DNA of 61,913 bases, counting the filler, from Kipferlia bialata (taxonomy: Eukaryota): assembly GCA_003568945.1 (NCBI GenBank). It is 4 parts of 4 records of this genome, joined end to end, with 100 filler letters (N's around TTAATTAATTAA, not from the genome) between each part and the next. Parts side by side here need not be neighbours in the genome. Positions count along the whole stretch, not along the records: positions 46,252 to 57,331 come from BDIP01000321.1; positions 57,432 to 61,913 come from BDIP01000332.1; 2 more parts are not named here. The stretch is one strand, 5' to 3'. Position numbers and translations under genes: made by a program. This document shows positions 56,229 through 61,913 of this stretch, one piece after another (position 1 is the first letter of the stretch; the number at the start of each line of letters is the position of its first letter). The notes under the pieces were generated by a model, which saw only the letters and a program-made list of their open reading frames with translations, searched no databases and had not been told where the DNA came from.

Positions 56229-57219
56229 ATGTCAGCAACAATCAATGCTGAGGAGCTGTGGCCGCTGACGGCTGCCAAGAGCTTCAAGTCGTTCACTGAG
56301 TCACAGCACCTGGATGACGGAGACTTCTGTGCGCATGTGGTGTTCATCCCCAACACGTCGTTTGCACAGCGGTCAGAGACCCTGGCCTACAAGAAGAAGC
56401 ACGGGTGCTATGCCATGTTTGCGGCATACCCCGTCAACAGCAGCATGGCAGACCTAGAGGTATGGGCTGTGCTTGGGGTTATACGTTCTGCTTGTGTGTG
56501 TATGTATGAGGGTCGTCGTCAAGCTCAATGTATGTGCAGGGGTGGTGGTGCGGTGTCACATACATACAGGGGTCATGTATATTATACGTAGTGAGCATAG
56601 TGAGTCCTGTGTGTCGTTACGGACGCAGCAGAGGGTCATTGGTATATATAGGCTGTGTTTCGGCGTTGGCTCTCTTCTTCTCTCGTACCCCGTCTTCCCT
56701 GACCTCAGGGTGCTCTGCAGCTAGGCTTTGATGGGTTCCTGCTGTCCATGGCCAAGTACGACTACGATAGACCCATCACTGACCTGCTGAACACCCTGGC
56801 TGACATCGCATCCCTCGGGAGGTGAGTGTAGGAGACTATATCATTGCTGTGCCCCTCCCCCCCTTGCCAACCTCAGACTCACCATCCTGGAGCACTGTGA
56901 CTACAACCACATCAGACCCTGCCTCCCCTACGTCAACGGGTTCCTGCTCAGCAACCCCCTCTACGCACCCATCGGCGGAAGGTATGAGCCACCTCACTTC
57001 TGTCCCTTCCATGTGTCTATATATATATATGTGCATAGATATCATAGATATCACAGATATCAATCGTATATGCCCAGGGATACTGTCTCTGCTCCTTGTA
57101 TGCTACCCTCAGGCTTCTTCCCCGCAAGACCCGGCAGCTGGAGCCCGTGCTGAAGCTGCTGCAGCAGGAGACGCAGTCCCGACCCGACTTTGCTGTATTT
57201 GCTAGCCAGTACATCAGAG
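56229..57219 (+). CDS. Unknown protein, N-terminal exons (possibly TIM-barrel/glycoside hydrolase-like), truncated at the contig join
   Basis: MSATINAEELWP..SSMADLE|GALQLGFDGFLLSMAK..|LTILEHCDYNHIRPCLPYVNGFLLSNPLYAPIGGR|LLPRK..QSRPDFAVFASQYIR; phase-consistent exons. Confidence 0.65.
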
Positions 57220-57331
57220 GTACGGGTGTCCTGGCTCTCTCTCTCTCTCTATGCATTGGTGTACTGGACTGCCCTGTGTATATTCTCCACTCCCCCCCCC
57301 CCCCCCCCCTTCCGGGGGGGGTTTTGTTTTT

Positions 57332-57431
57332 NNNNNNNNNNNNNNNNNNNNNNNNNNNNNNNNNNNNNNNNNNNNTTAATTAATTAANNNNNNNNNNNNN
57401 NNNNNNNNNNNNNNNNNNNNNNNNNNNNNNN
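57332..57431. other. Artificial contig spacer N44-TTAATTAATTAA-N44
   Basis: Same 100-bp structure. Confidence 0.95.
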
Positions 57432-57571
57432 ATCAGGAGAAAGAACAGGTAACAGATACCTGCAGCCCCCCCCCCCCCCCCCCACCCACCCCCCTCTCCA
57501 CCTCATCTCTCTACCCGACTCTGTTGACCTCTCCTTCAATGTATCACTCTCCTCGTCACCCTCATCCTCAG

Positions 57572-60500
57572 GAAGAGCAAGACCAAGTCCTTTGCCTACC
57601 AGGACACAGACACCCAGTTGCAGGACGTGCTGGAGGTGCTGAGGCAGATCGCTCTCAGGTATGGAACTGGTACTGATACTTGTATTTGCGATACACTCCG
57701 CCTACCCCCCCTCACCACTTCTCTGTCTTGTCTGACTGCCAGGCCTGACCTCTATGCCGAGTTCCTGACCTGTGGGGGTGGGGAGGCTGTGATTGGCCTC
57801 ATCAGCCATGCCAACGTCGACATAGGTCAGGGCAGGGATAGTACCAGTCGCTACACTAAATTCATACTCTACCCCTTCCCTTTATCTTCCGTCCCTTCTC
57901 CCCCCAGGCCTGGCCGCTGCCACCCTCCTGTCCGAGATGCTGTCCGAGACAGCCCAGTCCTCTGAGGAGGAGTCCCTCACATACACACAGTTCGCACACG
58001 ACCTCATCCTATTGGGGGGGAAGAAGGTATATATATATGTATATGTAATTGCAATTATATATGTAGTTATATACTTGTACAAGGGCACACTCTCCTAGTG
58101 CATCCTTACTCACTCTCCCTGACCCTCAGAGTGGTGACAAGAGGTCTGCCGAGGCGTCTGACTCTGTCTCCTCCCATGTCCTTGATGCAGTGGCCAACAG
58201 CATCACAAGGCTGTCAAAGCTGAGGAGGTATGTGTCTATCTTCCCCTTACCGCGTAGATTCATATTATGTTTGTCTCTTGCATATATCGCGTAGTTATAT
58301 GTGTTAACCCCAGGAAGCAGCGTGAGGTGCGGGAGAGGCGGAAGGGCGAGGCCAAGAGAGAGGCCGAGAAGGAGTCAAAGCAGCACGACTTGGTGATGCA
58401 GAACATAGCCATGGTGGAGGCTATCATTGAGGTTTGTATATATGTAGTACACATCTACGTATATTATCGCATTACTATCTTGTGTAGAGGATATCCATGG
58501 TGGAGGCTGTCATTGAGGTGAGAATACCTCTGGTGTCATCAATACCAAGTGGATATGTCTCTCTATATACATACTCATCCCAGGTCAAGGGAGACTCCAT
58601 GCTGGAGGAGGACATGGAGGAGGAGAAGGCCAAGGCTAGGTCAGTGGGACATATAATTCACGTATATGTACCACGGCTGGGTGATATGTGTACATTCTGT
58701 CGTCTTTGTGTACCCCTGTTCTGACCCCAGGGCTGCCATGACCGATGACATTGTGCATGTCCTGACACACTGCAGACTGCCAGAGGTGCGGGGTCCGCCT
58801 CTCTCTGTGTATCTTCTAGTATTCTCCCTCTGTGTCTCTATATATCGATGAATGCCGGAGGTGTGTGTGAGTAGATGTTTCCACTATGAATCTGCCCTGT
58901 GATGTCTTCTCACCCCCAGGCCCTATATATATATAGTTTAGGGTGGTATATCCCAGTATGTGCTCACCCCCCAGACCCTGGTTGAGTACATGCTGGCCTA
59001 CAAGCACCACGTGGCATCTGTTGCATCAGAGACAAAGAGGTACCGGGGTGCTGTCCGTATACCTTGTAATACTGTATATATACATAGATACCTACCCCCA
59101 GGGACCGTCTGAGGGAGGCCCAGGACCAGGGCGTGACAGTGCTTATAGACGATATCACGCAGGTACCCACATGGGGAAGTGTGTCGATGGCATGGCATCC
59201 AGTATGACACTTACTTTTGCTCTGTCTGTGTTTATCACATGTATATATATCTCACCTCAGTCTGCGTCTGCCCTCCTCGCATCTCTTGTGCTGCTAGACC
59301 CTGCCTCAGCCCCCCAGTCTCTATTGGAGTCAGTCCCATCCATGCTGGCCACAATCAGCAACATCAGGTATGATCTACTTGCAGTATTGTGTAGATATGG
59401 TGTGAGTCTATATTTTCTATATACTGCAACGTCCATTCTGGCCACAATCAGCAACATCAGGTATACACTACTTGCAGCATTGTGTAGATATGGAGTGAGT
59501 ATATATAAATATACTGCAACGTCCATGCTAGCCACAATCAGCAACATTAGGTGGGAATATATATACTAGTAGCTGTGTGAGAGACTATTATTGATAACCT
59601 GTTTTTGAGGTCTAGTCAGTTGCCCCTCACCCCCAGGACACTGTTCCAACGGGGTATCTTAGAGGATGACGCCCTGACAGGTTAGTGCCCTACCAGTATC
59701 CATACCTATACCCTCTCAATTCCTGCTCTCTCTTCCTCACCCCCAGTTGAGGAGGCCATGGGTTATTATATTCGTCCCTATCTGTATTCTTTATCATCCC
59801 TATCTCCCTCATATACCCCTCACCCCCAGTTGAGGAGGCCATGGAGATTGTAGAGAATGTGTCGTGTGTGTGTGGCACTCTGAGCAGCCACCCCGACTTC
59901 AGCATAGAGAGGGACACGGACAGGTACAGAGAGTGTATGTGTATATACAGTATTGTATATAACCTATCAGTTATACAGTGTATGTATAGAGAGGGACACG
60001 GACAGGTACATATATGGTATATATACATCTCTCACTTGTACAGTATGTCCCCTCACCCCAGTGACACCGTTGGCACCCCCGACACCCTGTCTGACACAGA
60101 CATCATCACCTTGTGTCTCAGGCCTGGGGTACTGGCAGACGGGGAGGTGATTGTGGTCAAGATCGACCCCCACATCAGGTACATCTTGTACCACACATAC
60201 ATGTATATACCAAGTTTGTATGGTATTTCAATGCGCTCTCTGCTCTCCTCACCCCTAGACGTGCTGTTCTATCCTTCCTGGCCCAGCTGGCCTCCACCAA
60301 CAGACCCGCCTTCACAGCATGGCTCAAGGCTGAGGGGAAGGTACAGGCATCCGCTTCACTGCTCCCTTGTAGGCACTAGATCTGAATCACTTGACTAACT
60401 CTCTCAGAAGAAGTCTGACATTGTCGGTGTCCTGACCCGCTCCTGTGCCCACCAGATAGTGTCCTCCCCTGCCTCTGACCCTGCCACTGAGTGTGCGGCA

Positions 60501-61182
60501 GGGGTCATGGTGCAGTTATCTCTGGAGGCAGAGGACTCACTCACAAGGTATGATGCATATACACATATATACCATAGTTACATTCCAAGGTTGACAATGT
60601 TCTCTAACCCCTCTAGACACCGTGTTGTGATGCGTGCCACGCCTGTCCCTGGCAAGGCCACCCACAACACCCTCTTCTCCACTGTGTGCACCCACATCAA
60701 TGCCCTGTCCATAGCATCTGTCGATGAGGAGGAGGTCGAGAGCGAGGTAGGGCCATGGGATTGTGTTATTGGCATTCTACATAGTGCATTAGTCTCACCC
60801 CCAGGCCCTCCCCGCCCTGTGTGCACTAGTCTGTCTGGTTCTGAGCAGCCTGTCCAAGAAGGGTACGTATAGAGTTTGTGTTTTGTCCACAGTCACTATG
60901 TATGTTCTATCACACACCCACATGTGCCTCACCCCCAGGAGGTGAGCCCCTTGAGCTGGCCGAGGGTCTGCTCAAGAAGGCATACCTGTCCGTCAAGGAG
61001 GTACATATACACATACATACACACTATACATAATCAATAGTGTGATTGTCCTACTGTTTGTCCATACCCCTTACCGCCAGGTCGTGTCCCGTGCCCAGCC
61101 CTGGGTCACTGGATCTGCCAAGGGCCAGAAGAGACTCATCAAGGCCATGAACGCTGCGGTTGGGGAGCAGCTGTACGCATAG
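57572..61182 (+). CDS. CTNNBL1: Beta-catenin-like protein 1 (Prp19/CDC5L complex), 5' truncated
   Basis: YQDTDTQLQDVLEVLRQIALR|PDLYAEFLTCGGGEAVIGLISHANVDI|GLAAATLLSEM resembles CTNNBL1 (F..SE..L...I.....AT.PDLY..L......L.GLL.H.N.D). Also EEAMEIVENV; TAG at 61180-61182. Confidence 0.75.
59340..59553 (+). repeat. 3x 90-bp tandem repeat spanning a CTNNBL1 exon end and its donor
   Basis: CCATxCTxGCCACAATCAGCAACATxAGGT at ~59340, ~59433 and ~59523. Confidence 0.85.
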
Positions 61183-61317
61183 GAGGCACTGGAATAGATT
61201 TGCCTTAACGTGTTGCTGAAGGGGTTTGGGTGTATACATTTTGTTCCATATTGACAATAATAAAGTGGACTGAATCTGACGTTGTCAAATCGGTCTCGTC
61301 TCTATACGACTGTCACA

Positions 61318-61813
61318 ATGCGCACAACACCACGCAGAAAGGGAACTCTGAAGGTACAACCACAAGACAGTGGGTCATTTTCTTCATCGGGGTGCTATTT
61401 AAAAGCCCATCACCTCTGTATGGCTGTGTGCCACCATACCTCAATCCACTATGCCGCTGACCCCAGGCTGCCCTTGTGCAGTCTCTCTCATCCTCTATGA
61501 AGGCACAGCGGAGTGGGGGCATGCCCACCAGCCCCACACCCAGTCCCAAGAAGGTTGAGACCGTGTCCCCCCATGTCCCCAGTCCCACCAAGGTAGGGAG
61601 GGTTGGATTGAATGCGCCTACTCTCTCACCCCTCTCACCTCAGGCTGTAGTGTCCCCTGTCGTGTCACCCGTTGTACCAAGTGTGCCAGTGGTTGTACCC
61701 ACACCCCCGGCTGCTGTGGTCGTTGAGCCTGTGGTGGACACCCCCCTCCCCTCTGACACTAACACTACTAAGACCATGGCCGAGATGGAGGTGCAGTCAC
61801 ACTTCCTGGTGCA
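61318..61813 (+). CDS. Unknown P/S/T/V-rich protein, runs off the window end
   Basis: MRTTPRRKGTLK|AALVQSLSSSMKAQRSGGMPTSPTPSPKK..|AVVSPVVSPVVPSVPVVV..SHFLVQ with canonical splice sites. Confidence 0.6.
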
Positions 61814-61913
61814 GGTACGGGGGTGAATGCATATCTTATGTATGTGTCTAGTTAGTAGCAGGGTATATATCAGTACTCTGTCTCTCTCTCTGCTCGCCCC
61901 CCCCCCCCCGCCC

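Overview
Eukaryotic, very intron-rich genomic DNA with GT-AG introns, a branch point almost fused to the 3' AG (e.g. CTCACCCCCAG), and introns full of (TA)n/(CT)n/poly-C. It uses the standard code: genes end in TAA, TAG and TGA. Style and gene content suggest a free-living fornicate such as Kipferlia bialata (inference). The window contains sized N gaps and three artificial N44-TTAATTAATTAA-N44 joins, so several genes are partial. Genes reconstructed by manual splicing: kelch-like protein, two Cys-rich proteins, LRR protein, two tandem J-domain paralogs, aspartate aminotransferase 3' end, arrestin-fold protein, coatomer alpha, GST 3' end, MAPK with a TGY loop, FN3-tailed low-complexity protein, Arf-like GTPase split by a large insert, ARID protein, a multi-TM phosphodiesterase homolog lacking metal ligands, CTNNBL1 and several unknowns. 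Main highlights: (1) pervasive diverged 'echo' copies of exon ends with their splice sites inside introns, in a donor-first/acceptor-last order compatible with nested splicing; (2) a membrane pseudo-phosphodiesterase that may act as a cyclic-nucleotide sensor. Gene coordinates are spans including introns, and exon boundaries are hand-predicted.
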